Assembly: GCA_964035545.1 (NCBI GenBank) | Contig: OZ037767.1 | Location: 8,628,581 to 8,692,580, forward strand | Source: Bugula neritina | Taxonomy: Eukaryota; Animalia; Bryozoa | Length of the DNA: 64,000 bases | Direction: 5' to 3' | Shown here: positions 1-12,000 of the stretch, in pieces | Layout: the number at the start of each line of letters is the position of its first letter | How positions within the stretch are numbered: position 1 is the first letter of the stretch | Translations under genes and position numbers: made by a program | The notes under the pieces: generated by a model | Databases searched by the model: none | What the model was told of the DNA's origin: nothing | The model's input: only the letters and a program-made list of their open reading frames with translations

Positions 1-228
1 TTAGTATATGTAGTAGGCTACTGTTAGAACGCACTTTTTATAAACAACGCATCATGTTTTGTTGACTGTAAATGTCTGATTGGTTGCTCACATAATGAAA
101 TGCTCTATATGATAGGTTACTGCTACTAGCGGTGTGTGATATGTGACTGTCTTTAAGAACGTTACATTAATCTCCCTATGTATTCTCTATTTGCTTGGTA
201 TCTTCATGCTATTTTTGCTTGTATTTAG

Positions 229-822
229 AGTTGCAACGACTTCATCAGGATTTGGCCAGTCATCAACCTTTGGTTCTGCAGCTCAGCAAAATATGCCCAC
301 ATTCGGCTCACTTGCCAGCAGCGGGAACATGCCTACTTTTGGCTCTTTAGCTTCAGGAGGTGGTAATCCAACATCACCATTTGGTCAGCAACAATCCACC
401 ACCCCCTTTGGTCAGCCACAATCCACCCCATTTGGTCAGCCGTCTACACCATTTGGCCAGACTTCGAGTCCATTTGGCCAGCAGCCGTCCACTCCTTTTG
501 GGCAGCAGCAGCAGCAGTCAACCCCCTTTGGTTCTCCTGGGTTCGGTGGCTCTTCAGCTTTTGGACAGGCAGCCAGTTCCCCATTTGGGGGAGCAACTTC
601 TCCCGCTAGGTTGGTATACCCACACATAAACAGTATTTTGTTGTTGTTATTGAAAACTATAGTATCTATTCAGTTTGATCTTTTATTTATAACAAATACT
701 ACCTAGTTTGTATTATTTGAGTGAAGTTGCAGTTGTGAACAACAAGTGTTGTGTCTAGCTTTTGGTTTATATTGTTTTTTTTCTGTTACAGTGGATCTTC
801 CTTCAGCTCCTACCGCAGCTAG
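229..822 (+). CDS. NUP214: 3' end (last two exons) of an FG-repeat nucleoporin, NUP214-like; gene starts upstream of the window
   Basis: Exons 229-609 and 792-822 (AG/GT junctions, phase 2 join). Dense FG repeats including TFGSLA x2 and (S/T)PFGQ. C-terminus SGSSFSSYRS* resembles the NUP214 C-terminal ending. AATAAA at 1058-1063. Confidence 0.75.
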
Positions 823-889
823 TCTTCAGTGTATTGGTTTCTGAAGAGATTTGAGACAAGAGAAACCTACGCTATGATTGTCTATATGC

Positions 890-1050
890 TGTATACATCA
901 TATAAATGTACTTACTCTATATTCTATCATACCAATTTACTTACTCTGTATTATGTCATACGTATGTACTTACTTTGTATTATGTCATATAAATGTACTT
1001 GCTCTCTATACATGTCATACGAATGTACTTACTCTGTATACATGTCACAG
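890..1050 (+). repeat. Degenerate ~29-30 bp tandem repeat in the nucleoporin 3' UTR
   Basis: About 5 copies of (a)tgtacttactctgtat(t)atgtcata. Confidence 0.7.
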
Positions 1051-1341
1051 AAGGCTCAATAAATATTTCCTTTAAAATGCAAAAACCTTGTCTTACACAT
1101 AATACAACCCCCTCTCCTCCTCTCACACATTCATACCCATCACATGTGAAACAAATTAGCTGTTAAATTCTATGTAGGATTTATAAATATTTATACTCTG
1201 TATATAGTATGTACTCAGCACAAAAATGCACATAACTCTATATTACAGGCTGTCACAGCAGTATTTATGTTGATATGATGCATGTATGATAATTTAACAC
1301 AAATGCTCCTATTTTACAAGATCTTTAAGTATTCGATAGCA

Positions 1342-4300
1342 TCAGCCTACAGGCTCAGTTAGCTGTTCACTTTCACTCTTTGCCAACTGCCACTTTTTTG
1401 AATTATTTGCCGACGAGTTCCATGACTTTCTGCCATTGCTTGTCCTTTTCATCTTGAGTATTGAGGCATTGTTGTTAGTCAAAGAGCTGTTATTGTTAGT
1501 GCTGCTCTTATGGAGAGAGTAACTCCTACACCCCATCTGGTGCAACACTTTCATATACTGGGCTTTGAATGCTTTTCGGAACTCAGATCTAAATATGCCG
1601 TAGATGAACGGGTTACAGGCACTGGCTGCTAGCTGTACAAATGTCGCCAAGGTGTTCACCCATCCACTTACAGGCACCATTAACACCTGCAAAAAGAAAC
1701 ATTCTTTATTGCTGTGGGTAGTTGGACTAAAAAACTTGGGTAATGAAAATTGTAAAGCTAAATTGTGGGTACTACAAATTCATCATCATATTGCTCAAAA
1801 CTATCTAAGTTTTCAGATGTAAGTTTTTTCAGTGCTAGCGGACAACAAAAAAAGTTATTTCTGGACAAAATTAACACAACAGAAGTCTTTAATTCTGATT
1901 TATAGTTGCTATAAAATTTAGGAATTTTATCGCAATTGTTACTAGAAATATAAAAAAGCTGAGTTTTCCCAGGGTAATAATTATCCATTGTTAAGCCCTA
2001 ACTCTAAAGACAATTCTGCACATTGTATAATGCTTATAATGCTCCATTAGTTGGAACAAAAAACAAAGTTAACAAACTTAAGTAATTTTATTATCCATTT
2101 ACAACATAGTGTACTATCTCCAAACTTCAAAAAACTTTTTCTGTCTTTACATTGCCTTCAGACTGCTCAAGATTAAAGATCCATTTTAGTTGTTAACCAA
2201 GCATTTAGCATAGTTTAATTAGTTTTGTTGTCCTAAATTGAATCAGAATTAGAAGTTTCCAATTGACATAGTTGAGCATGCAACAGTCAATACACTAATT
2301 CTTCAAGTTGATCATTTTTTGACTGGTTTACCTTTGCAAGTTTTGTCACACAGAAAGGGGTCATACATATGAAGAAGACCAGCACAACAACCAACAGACT
2401 TCGAACTATCCTCTGGTGCTGATTGGCGGTGGTTCTCTGGTACTTGCTGGATCTATCAGTTTCAGCAGGTGTGGGTACTGACGTCTGCCTTGTCTTTCCC
2501 AGCAATGACTTCTTGCTAGACAGCCTTCTGGGAGAATAATAAACTATTAAGTTATGAATCTTGAAATAATAAAGATACTCTACGTGTAACATGAGGGCAT
2601 TTAGACCTACTAATAGATACAAGCAGGAGATTTTCTTTGCAGAAAAATATGCATAAGCTGCTTGTTCTAGGCTTGAATAGGATGGTATTTTGCCACCATG
2701 AACGGGGAAAAATCATAAGGTTTAATTTTGAAGTCAGAAGCAATGCATTTTAAGTCGGGATTTTTTGGTTACTAGCTTCCAGGCAGCAAATAAAGTTCTC
2801 TTTTTACAAGGCTGTGATAAAGTATATGTAAAATAATTGCCACCACTGGGAATCGAACCCGAGTCCTCCGGCTTGCAAGCAAGTGTGCTACCATTACACC
2901 ACGGAGGCCACTGGGTGAACTCAACACTACAGTATAGTTGTAGTTGCAAATTGGCAACCTCGTACTTAACATTTAAAAGTTATTCTCAATATTGAAATAA
3001 TAACTTTAAAGCTACAATTGCTCTACTCAGACAGTGTTCGTCTGCTGAATGTTACTAAAGCAGTTGACGTGTAGAAGGTGTGTCATTAGTTTAAAATGTT
3101 TTGTGGGTGCAGAAAAATAAGTTAAATGGTGTGTTGTGTGTTTCGATACTGCAAAACATGCACTTGAGTTGCAAATGTCTTTTGGCATAAAATATAATAA
3201 ACTATGCTGGGCTGGTGAGTCATCTCAGGTCTAATAATTTCTAATAGAACGAATCACGAAGCAGACGTGGATTACAAGCAGACATACTTGTTATACAAGG
3301 GAATGCTGATGATAATAAAACATGTACCAAAAGTGAACTGGTAGTTGATCAAAAGCTGGCAGACATAGAAAAGATGCTTTCAAGACTTTTGGCAACGCAT
3401 AACACAAATAACTACAGAATTACTCACTGAGCCAGGGAAGTCCTAGTGCTGCAATCACCATGAGCTATTCTTGATATACTATTTTTGATTTCCTACAAAG
3501 GGAAGTAAAGGGTAAATCTTGTGTGCTGCTTTTTTATTATTAATACATGCAATCTTATATTATATACATAAACATATTTGGTATACAGATTTTATTACTA
3601 TATATTGTACTTTTTACAAGCTTCCCTTTTAGCTGATTTACTAACTGACTACTATGACCTTAGCCATGTCAGTCAGACTCTCTACTGATGAACTGTCAAA
3701 CCAACTGCTAGTTAGTCAGCTATGTATTGTAAGGCAGCCTTATGTTAACACAATTTCATATCTGGTCATGCAAAAGATATAGTGATGCATTAACATAATG
3801 CTTAGGGACTTAAAAAGCTAATACAGCCTATATCTTTTGTAAAAGATGCCATGCAACGAAATGTGGTTTAGTAATAGATTTAATGTATTCAGATGCTGCC
3901 ACAAACAATTACACCAGCCTACCTCCTCCCTCCTTCCTTTGGAGTTATGACGCATTTTTAGCAAGTAGTAAAACCAAAGCTTTAGATTTAAAACTTTGGC
4001 AAATTTGTGTACCTTTTCTTTTAACAAAGTTTTCAGTTTTATAACTTTGAAAGATTTTTAATTGGATTTTATAACGGTATAACAGTTGCTATGCTAAGAA
4101 ATATATAGCTAGTTGCAGTATGTTTGTGTACATAAGTAATTAAGTTGTATGCTGTAAAACTATTTTTCATGAAACTGATATATACAAGTATCTAAACTCT
4201 AAAGTATTACATAATATAACACCAGCATTGACAGTATTGGCAGTTAATTGATTAGCCAGCCAGTGCTGCGTGAGTACATGTAATCACTTGAAGTTATATG

Positions 4301-6947
4301 ATCACGTGAGAACACTGCTAGTTGTATTCTAGTGTCAGAATTTTGACACTGTCTGTTATTTTATTCTAGTTTAGGATGAAACAAATTTTTGCCTATCATA
4401 AATGATATTTAATACATTCTACGTTTATGTAAAATGTTTTTTATCTTGTATCAAGGGTTGTGCATATTTCTAAATGATGGCAATCACATCACATCTTTAA
4501 ATTGATTTAATTAATATTATGACATTGAATACAGCAGAACTAATTGATGGTGTAATGACATGAAACTTAAGAGAGGTTAATTTTAAGTTGCTAGCATAGC
4601 CCAAGTCAAAAATACCATAAAGTTAGGGCGTGATACATCAAGTCCCATGCTATTACAACTTAAAGGTAACTTACTTTAAATATGATGCTATAGCAGATTA
4701 TCATAGTCAACCCTGGAGCCATGAAACACGTAACAAACGCCACAATGACATAGGTTACAGCATCTCTATACAGCCAGTTGATAGCACACACCACTTCATA
4801 ATAGTCATACTGTATCCAGTTCAAGCACACTGGTGTAAAGCCTGTAAAGCATAGAATGTATCATTGTTTGAGTATTTTTATACATTTTCGTAATAGTATT
4901 ATATTTATGGTCTTTTGTTTAAAGTGTCCATCAGTAAAAACACAAAGTCTCTATAAACCACAATTACATTCAGCTCACAAAGAAAATGTATAACTTCCTG
5001 AATTATATCACTGCTCACCAGTTTTCCCATGAAATAGGGAGTGTATTACATCATACTCTGTTAAAAGGATTTATTGATTAGTAATAATACTGATAGGGTG
5101 AAATTAATTATTTAAAAAAACCTTGGAGCATTTTTCCAAAATGTCAGCCATGGTTGAAATTGTATATTTGCTACTTCAGGTTTAGAAAATTCGATCATTC
5201 TGTAATACTGTAAGTGTCAAACCCACGAATAAACTGCTTCTAATAATGCTGAAAGTAATGAAGCCAGTTGCACCATAGACTGTTCTTAAGTTAAATATAA
5301 GAAGTAACTGTTGTTTGAAGTATTTTTATGGGTAGACAAATTGGTTTAGTCATTTGCTTTAATATGATACTGAGAATATTGTTGGAAGTTATGTTAGTAG
5401 CAGTAAGTGTTGGCAAGTTTAGTTTCTACATGATGTAGCACTACTACAATAGTTGCCTTTATAATTGGCACAGGTTACTTTATGATTTCTTGACATTAGC
5501 CTGTAAATTTATGAGGTTGTGTATTCATTAATCTGTGTTACAGAAGTTGTTAGTTGAAGCAGCAACTGGGACAATAAAGTTACAGAACAACTAAACGTGT
5601 AAGATAGTAATTTTAGGGACTTTTAGTAATCAATCTGCCATTAATTATTATATAATATAATTACTTGATTATGAAAATATAAAAAATTAGCAAATACTGA
5701 ATATTCTTGCTAAAATATTACTTTAACATGTCGACAGCAAACATATTTCTGTCTGCTATACTTTTATAAACCTAGCAACTAGCCTAAAGCAAACACAGGC
5801 TAAATTAAACAGCAGGTGGTTTTATAAGAGTAACTTACTAGAACTAGTCTCACCTATAACAGCACCTTGGATCCATGTCCATGCAATAAGCAGTCTTATT
5901 CTAGACACAGTCATGATATCCACATACCTCAGAGGGTATACAATATGAACGAATCTGTCCACAGATACAAACCCTAGACTCAGCATTGATACCACGATAA
6001 GGCAGTAATTCATAGCACATTGAATAGCACACACTGTCTACAAATTACATGTGATGTATAGCACACTGAATAGTGCACATCACCTACCAATTATATACAA
6101 TGTATAACATACTGAATAGCATACATAATTTACAAATTATATAGGATGTATAGCACATTGATTAGCGCACCCTATCTACAGATTATATATGATATGGGAC
6201 ATTCAAAATAATAGCAAGGCCCGATATTATGTACAAAGCATTGAAAATAGAATAATAATGAAAACACCATACTAAAAAATGTAGAGATAGGTTCTTGCGA
6301 CATTTTGAGCTTCTATTTTAAATAATCCAACAGAGTTTTGACTTTTGATTTTTGACTTTTGATTTTTGACTTTTGATTTTTGACTTTTGATTTTTGACTT
6401 TTTTTTCTTTCAATTCTGTTCATGCCTACCAGTATTTACACTGAATTTTGTAACGTGTTGTCATGTCTGTGATTTGCAATAAATAAATCAATCAATCGAT
6501 CATGATTACTGTCAGAAAATGCTAACCTAAATGGTTGCATTGCTTAATAAAAAAAATTATGAAATGAGTTCTTTCAAGAATTTCCCCATCTCCTTTAAAA
6601 CTAAAAATAAAAAGAATTGTCAGTTGATTGAATTTCCCTCATCATTGTAAGTGCTTCACTGATTATTCAGGACTTACATTTCCAATGGGCAAAGGTTCAT
6701 CTTGCTGCATATCCGTAACCAGCTCCACTAGAGTACAGAACATCACAGAGAAAGCTACACACAGATCTGCGAAGGCTAAATTAACTATAAACATGTTTGA
6801 GTGCTGTTCCTTCAGCTTGTAGTACGTTCTGGCAGCGATTATCACCACCACATTTCCAAATAAGGTCAACAGGATTAGGATTATTAAAAAGAAGGCAGAT
6901 ATTGCAATCTCTGCAGGAGATCTGGATGAGTCATCTGTGATGTTCAT
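1342..6947 (-). CDS. Rhodopsin-like (class A) GPCR, orphan/amine-receptor-like, ~408 aa
   Basis: Exons 6947-6678, 6037-5854, 4841-4675, 3492-3428, 2527-2332, 1686-1342; phases consistent, 1227 nt total. Motifs GN (TM1), LAFAD (TM2), DRF (TM3), W4.50, P5.50, CxxP (TM6), NPFIY (TM7), helix 8 EFRKAF. Confidence 0.92.
2830..2931 (-). mobile_element. tRNA-derived short element / tRNA pseudogene, family 1 copy 1 (GPCR intron)
   Basis: Cloverleaf-like 2908-2838 with A box (TGGTGTAATGG) and B box (GGTTCGATTCC), a poorly paired anticodon arm and a trailing T-run. Shares a 23-bp 5' leader with the copy at 9934. Confidence 0.7.
4331..4370 (+). mobile_element. Possible Helitron-like 3' terminus
   Basis: Hairpin agtgtca-gaattt-tgacact followed ~15 nt later by CTAG|T; no 5' end identified. 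Confidence 0.25.
6013..6195. repeat. 46-bp tandem repeat x4 spanning the GPCR exon 2 acceptor
   Basis: Units start at 6013, 6059, 6105 and 6151 (tagcacattgaatagcacac...ctacaaatta...gatgta). Confidence 0.8.
6336..6402. repeat. 14-bp minisatellite (ttttgacttttgat)n
   Basis: About 4.5 near-perfect copies. Confidence 0.85.
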
Positions 6948-8368
6948 CTTTACCTTTTATGACTTTGTGCGACTCTACCGACCACTGACGTCTGCTTACA
7001 TCAGTTTGCTTCGCCTTCTACATATAGGTCTCCAGATATTAGTGTAATTGTTTTATTTCATGAGAAGGTATAATTTCGATTCTATTCCTGAAAATTTATT
7101 TGAAATTCAATATTTAAGTCAACATTTTTTTTCAACACCAAATTATATTATGTGGTGGTTAATAATAAGGTATATAATAGCTTATGCAATTCTTAGAAAT
7201 GTTCATCCACAAGTAGGAAAATTATCTCAATCCTAGACAAAATCTAGAAGAATTTTTGAGGCAGTTGCAGCTTATTAGAGAAATTTAAAAAGCCGGTGTT
7301 CTAGATAAGAAATGTCAGTATAAAAATGTAGATTTGCACAAAATTGTCAATTTAAACCCTAAACCAAAATTCATATAGAAAACCAATAAACTTACCACTT
7401 AGGTCTTAGATTACCGAAATTTCTAATGCCAACATGATGATATAGAATCAGAAAGACACATAGAATATTATTTATTGTATAAGGAATAACTTTTGTTAAT
7501 CTCACCTAAATAGACCTCCTTTTGCGTTCAGCAACTTGATTGTTTTAGTCTAAACTGATAGATTGTAGAAATCTATCAGCACACAATTATCATGATTATA
7601 GTACGTCTGCACCACAGCTGACTGTTGAAATGTGATGATCCACAGCAAGACTAAACACAATAGCTACAGTATATGCCATTAAATTTTTCAGCTGATATTC
7701 AAACAAGCTGAATCTCTCAGTGAAACTGTTGCTAGTACTAACTATTATCCTTAATGCTAAGGGTGATCTGAGCTGTGCATAGAAAATGTAACTCATAAAG
7801 TAGATGTAAGAGAATCCACTAAACTCAGTAACCTATCAGCAACCAGCATCAACTGTCAGTCATGGGGAGGTTAACAACATTGGAGATGCTAGCCTTTGAT
7901 TTGTTTGTTTGTCTTCAGACAGTCGAGTTATATTGTTTAGTGATGAGAAGTAAGATAATCATTAGCTTGGTGTAACTTAATATAACCATGCAGTTTATAA
8001 ACTGAGTAATGTAAGCTCTGTGAAACTGGAAACGCTTTATTCTGCATCCAATTGTTCCATTTTATTTTATACTGTTATATCAAGAAGGCAAAACTATATA
8101 TATAGATATAATAAAGTGAACAGGAAAAATAAGAATATTGCTTTATATATGCTTGCACGTTTCCTAGAGTTGATTATTATTTTCATTCACCAGCGGCTCT
8201 AGTATGACTCAATTCAGACAAGATGAATTTCAAACTAATGACTCATTGACGGTGTACATAATCTAGCATTGTGATTATTTGTGAGAACTCTCCACACATT
8301 GCGAACATTTATTGTACCAAATAAAATTGAAAATGTAATCCTTAGAGTGAAGTCACCAACTCTCGACT

Positions 8369-8582
8369 ATTCCCATACATGCAGTGATATAGTGAGGGCA
8401 CAACTCCCATACATGCAGTGATATAGTGAGGGCACAACTCCCATACATGCAGTGATATAGTGAAGGCACGACTCCCATTCATGCAGTGACATAGTGAAGG
8501 CACGACTCCCATACATGCAATGACATAGTGAAGGCACGACTCCCATACATGTAGTGATATAGTGGTAGCACAACTCCCATAC
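8369..8582. repeat. 34-bp minisatellite x~6
   Basis: Unit actcccatacatgcagtgatatagtgagggcaca; starts at 8371, 8405, 8439 and onward. Confidence 0.9.
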
Positions 8583-9063
8583 AGCCTGCATTGTCATGGG
8601 GCGTGGTTCCCATACATTTTCTGTTGTATAGGAGATTTTGACACAGACACCTCATACATGTAGAAGTGTGGTAGGAGTGAGGGGTGCTCACTTTTTTAAG
8701 GAAACATCCCGAGCGAGGAAGCACGAGGTGGATATTTGGCTGCACCTGTTTTCGTCATGATCAACCGAAGTGGAGATCTCAATAAAATGCTGGACAATAA
8801 AATGTTACATGTGCAGGACTGGCCGTGACTTGCTGTGGTACATGCATACTATAGTTCCCGAATATTTGGAACACAACATGACACTGCAGTTACTAATGCG
8901 ACTACAATCTGCAACAAATTTTATTCCCACAAAGTTTATATCCGCAATGAGAAATTAGATGCATTATATACTAAATCACATAGTAGTACATAGTAGAGAA
9001 ACAAATAACCAGTGTTACTTTATACACTAAACAACAACTAGTACATGTAACAGGGAAACCATC

Positions 9064-12000
9064 TTATAGGAAAGTGTTAGTAAGAGTTCCTATGTTCTGT
9101 AAGTCAATTGTAACTGTGTCTCCAGATTGTAGATATTTTGGTGGGTTGAAACCCTTTGCGGTGCCCCCTGGTGTCCCAGTCAGTATGATATCTCCAGGTA
9201 ACAGAGTGAAAAACCTGCCAAGTATTAGCAATAGTGATTATTTCTACTGAGCTTCTCGACAAGTGAAATAAAAAAACAACATGATTTTTGCAAAGATATA
9301 ATTTGAAAACTGAGAGCATACAACATCAACATAATGTACCAACTGAAGCAGGTAGAATCGTAAAAACAGCTAATATAGTATTTTATGTCAGAGTTGATTT
9401 CAAAATACACTCAAAAGTGAGCAATAAAGCTGAGAGAGAAGACAACTTACCCTGACAAGAAAGATATTATCTGAGGAATTTTAAATATCATCTGATTAGT
9501 GTTACTTTTCTGTCTCACTTCCCCATTCACTTTAGTAGATATGTTCAGGTTGTGTACATCTTCAATCTCGTCCTGAAATTTCCAAGTATTATAATTATGC
9601 GATTCTAATTGTTTCATTTTCCAGTCAAGTACCTATTATCGCATCAAGAGCTAAGTTACAGTTTGATTAAAACACTGATCATATCATGCTAATTTATGGT
9701 TTAAGCAAAAATAATATGTTAATTTGTAATATTAATTTATGTAACTAAGCGGTAAAAGAACATAAAGTCACTAGAAATAAAATGAACAACTTTATTAATT
9801 ACACACAAGGGAAGCTGCATTTTCAGTTAGTTTTACGTATGTCTTGAACACATCTATACAATAATTAGTGTTATACATATTTTTAAATATTAAGTTCAAT
9901 TATGAAATATGTTAAAGTATTTGTGATCAATGTTGTAGTGATGAGTTTACCCAGTGGTCCCCGTGGCGTAATGGTTAGCAAACTTGCTTGCAAGCCAGAA
10001 GTCTCGGATTCGATTCCCAGTGGGGGCAGTTATTTTTCAAATTTGTGTCTCCAAAGTCACACACTTACATACCTTAGTTACGATGTCACTGGATAAAGGA
10101 CAGAAGTTGTCTAAAGATTTGGACAGCAGAAACTGAGCAGCATTCTTTGTACGGCCCATAAGATCACGAGCTGACACATCATTGGCTGCTATGTACCCAA
10201 ATACGTATTCCATTGCATTCTCTTCCTAAACAAAACACACGACTATCTGTTGATGCGGAATAAAGTTGTTAGCTTTATTTTTGTACTTATGGTGACATTT
10301 ACCTGCCATAATGCGGAGAGTTGCTTTCCCTGGTCACAGGCAATATCTTATAATAAAGTATATATCATATGTCTAATTTTGCAACTTGAAATTTAGGTAA
10401 CTCACAAAATGACAAATTTAAATCTTTTTACATTTCATAAAGCAGTTTTGTAATGCCATATTTCATTATTTAACTTCAATTATTGGCTAGATTATATTAT
10501 ATTAATGGTTTTATCAATTTTAAAGACACTTATGTATTTATTTTAACCTTACTGAGCATGCTATAATAATAGGTACAACAAAAAAAGACACCAGATTTGT
10601 TGGTTTAATGCAGTTATTCGTAATTGCATTTAGTATGTTTGACTGAAAGTGAAACTGATTTCATATAAAATATAGCAGTTTTGTTGCATTAACTGCTGCT
10701 ATAAGTTTATAAGTTTGTCACTTGTACCATACCATGTAGATTTGACATTTTGAAAAACGAATAATTATCAAATATTTGCAAGAAATTTAAGTTAACTATC
10801 GTTTAAATTTCATGTTATTCGTTTCAGCGACACACAACAGAAGCTAAAGATGTCTGGGCATTGTGTGATTGAAGTTTAAAAACTTCAACTATATAGCAGT
10901 TTGAGAAATAATCAAAATTTTAGTTGTAAGAAATATACATAATTAAAATCATAGTTTAATTGATAATTAGATATAAGCAAGCATCTTCTCATGTTGATCA
11001 ATAATCACTTAACTTAGTTACTAAATTGTTACTTGAAGACTTTGCTTAAATCTCCTCCGTGATATCAGTACTTTGTATGGCAAAATCGAAATAAAGTTAT
11101 TATATGAATATATACTGTATAACTATAAGACTGACAGTCTCGGAGCCTCTTCTACTGGCAGAAAGTATATATGAATACCAGCTGTTAGTGTGCGCAATAA
11201 TAAACCAACCAAACAGTGGCCATCCTTCAAAGAACCTCTAGTACAATAGAATAATTAATAAACTCTTTAGTCTACCACTTTCACATTTCTGTATCGCAAT
11301 ATGACGAGTGTTTGTAACAAGAGAACTAGGGCTAAACAGAAGTTGAAGGTACCAGTACCAGTATATAATATATATAACCATGTGTTACCTTCACATTCCT
11401 GGCTTTCTTGGCGACCACAACGGCTAACTCACACTCGTAGTCTAAACACTGAAATGAAACCACTGTTGGTGTATATCTATACTTGGCAATAAACAATAAT
11501 ATAATCAAAACATGTACATGGCAAATTAATATGACTTTTAGAAGCTGTCCTTTTGGTAAAACTATAAAATATTTATAATAATAATGTTGGGGGTAATAGT
11601 GTGTAAATACTAGCTTAAAACTTGACATCTCAGTAGTCTCAAAGATCTGACAAAGTTTGAAAATGATCTTTTGTTGCAAAAAGGAAAGACACTATCTGAC
11701 AAATTAAAAGACTGAACATATATCAGATTGTTCATGAAGAAAATAAGTTTTTATAAATACAGCATTCTTCACATGCAGTTTTCAAACATTTAAGCAAACA
11801 GCAAAACCTTTATCCATATGTTTCAATTCTTAAGCTTCAAATACAAATTAACATATTTTTCTTACAAATAATGAGGCTTTAACTTTTTATACAATAATAT
11901 GTAATGTTTTTTACAGACTCACAACACCGACCTTGGTGGCTGAGGGTATAGGGATCTCTCCGGATGTTGTCACACAAGAGGAGAACTTAGCACACAGTAC

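Noticed and set aside
2838-2908. Functional tRNA-Ala(TGC) gene (also 9957-10028, and a tRNA-His-like head at 52524)
   Set aside because: Anticodon stems pair poorly, the copies are diverged from each other, and the 52524 copy continues into a SINE body with TSDs.
1342-6947. Opsin or canonical biogenic amine receptor
   Set aside because: No Lys at 7.43 and no Asp at 3.32.
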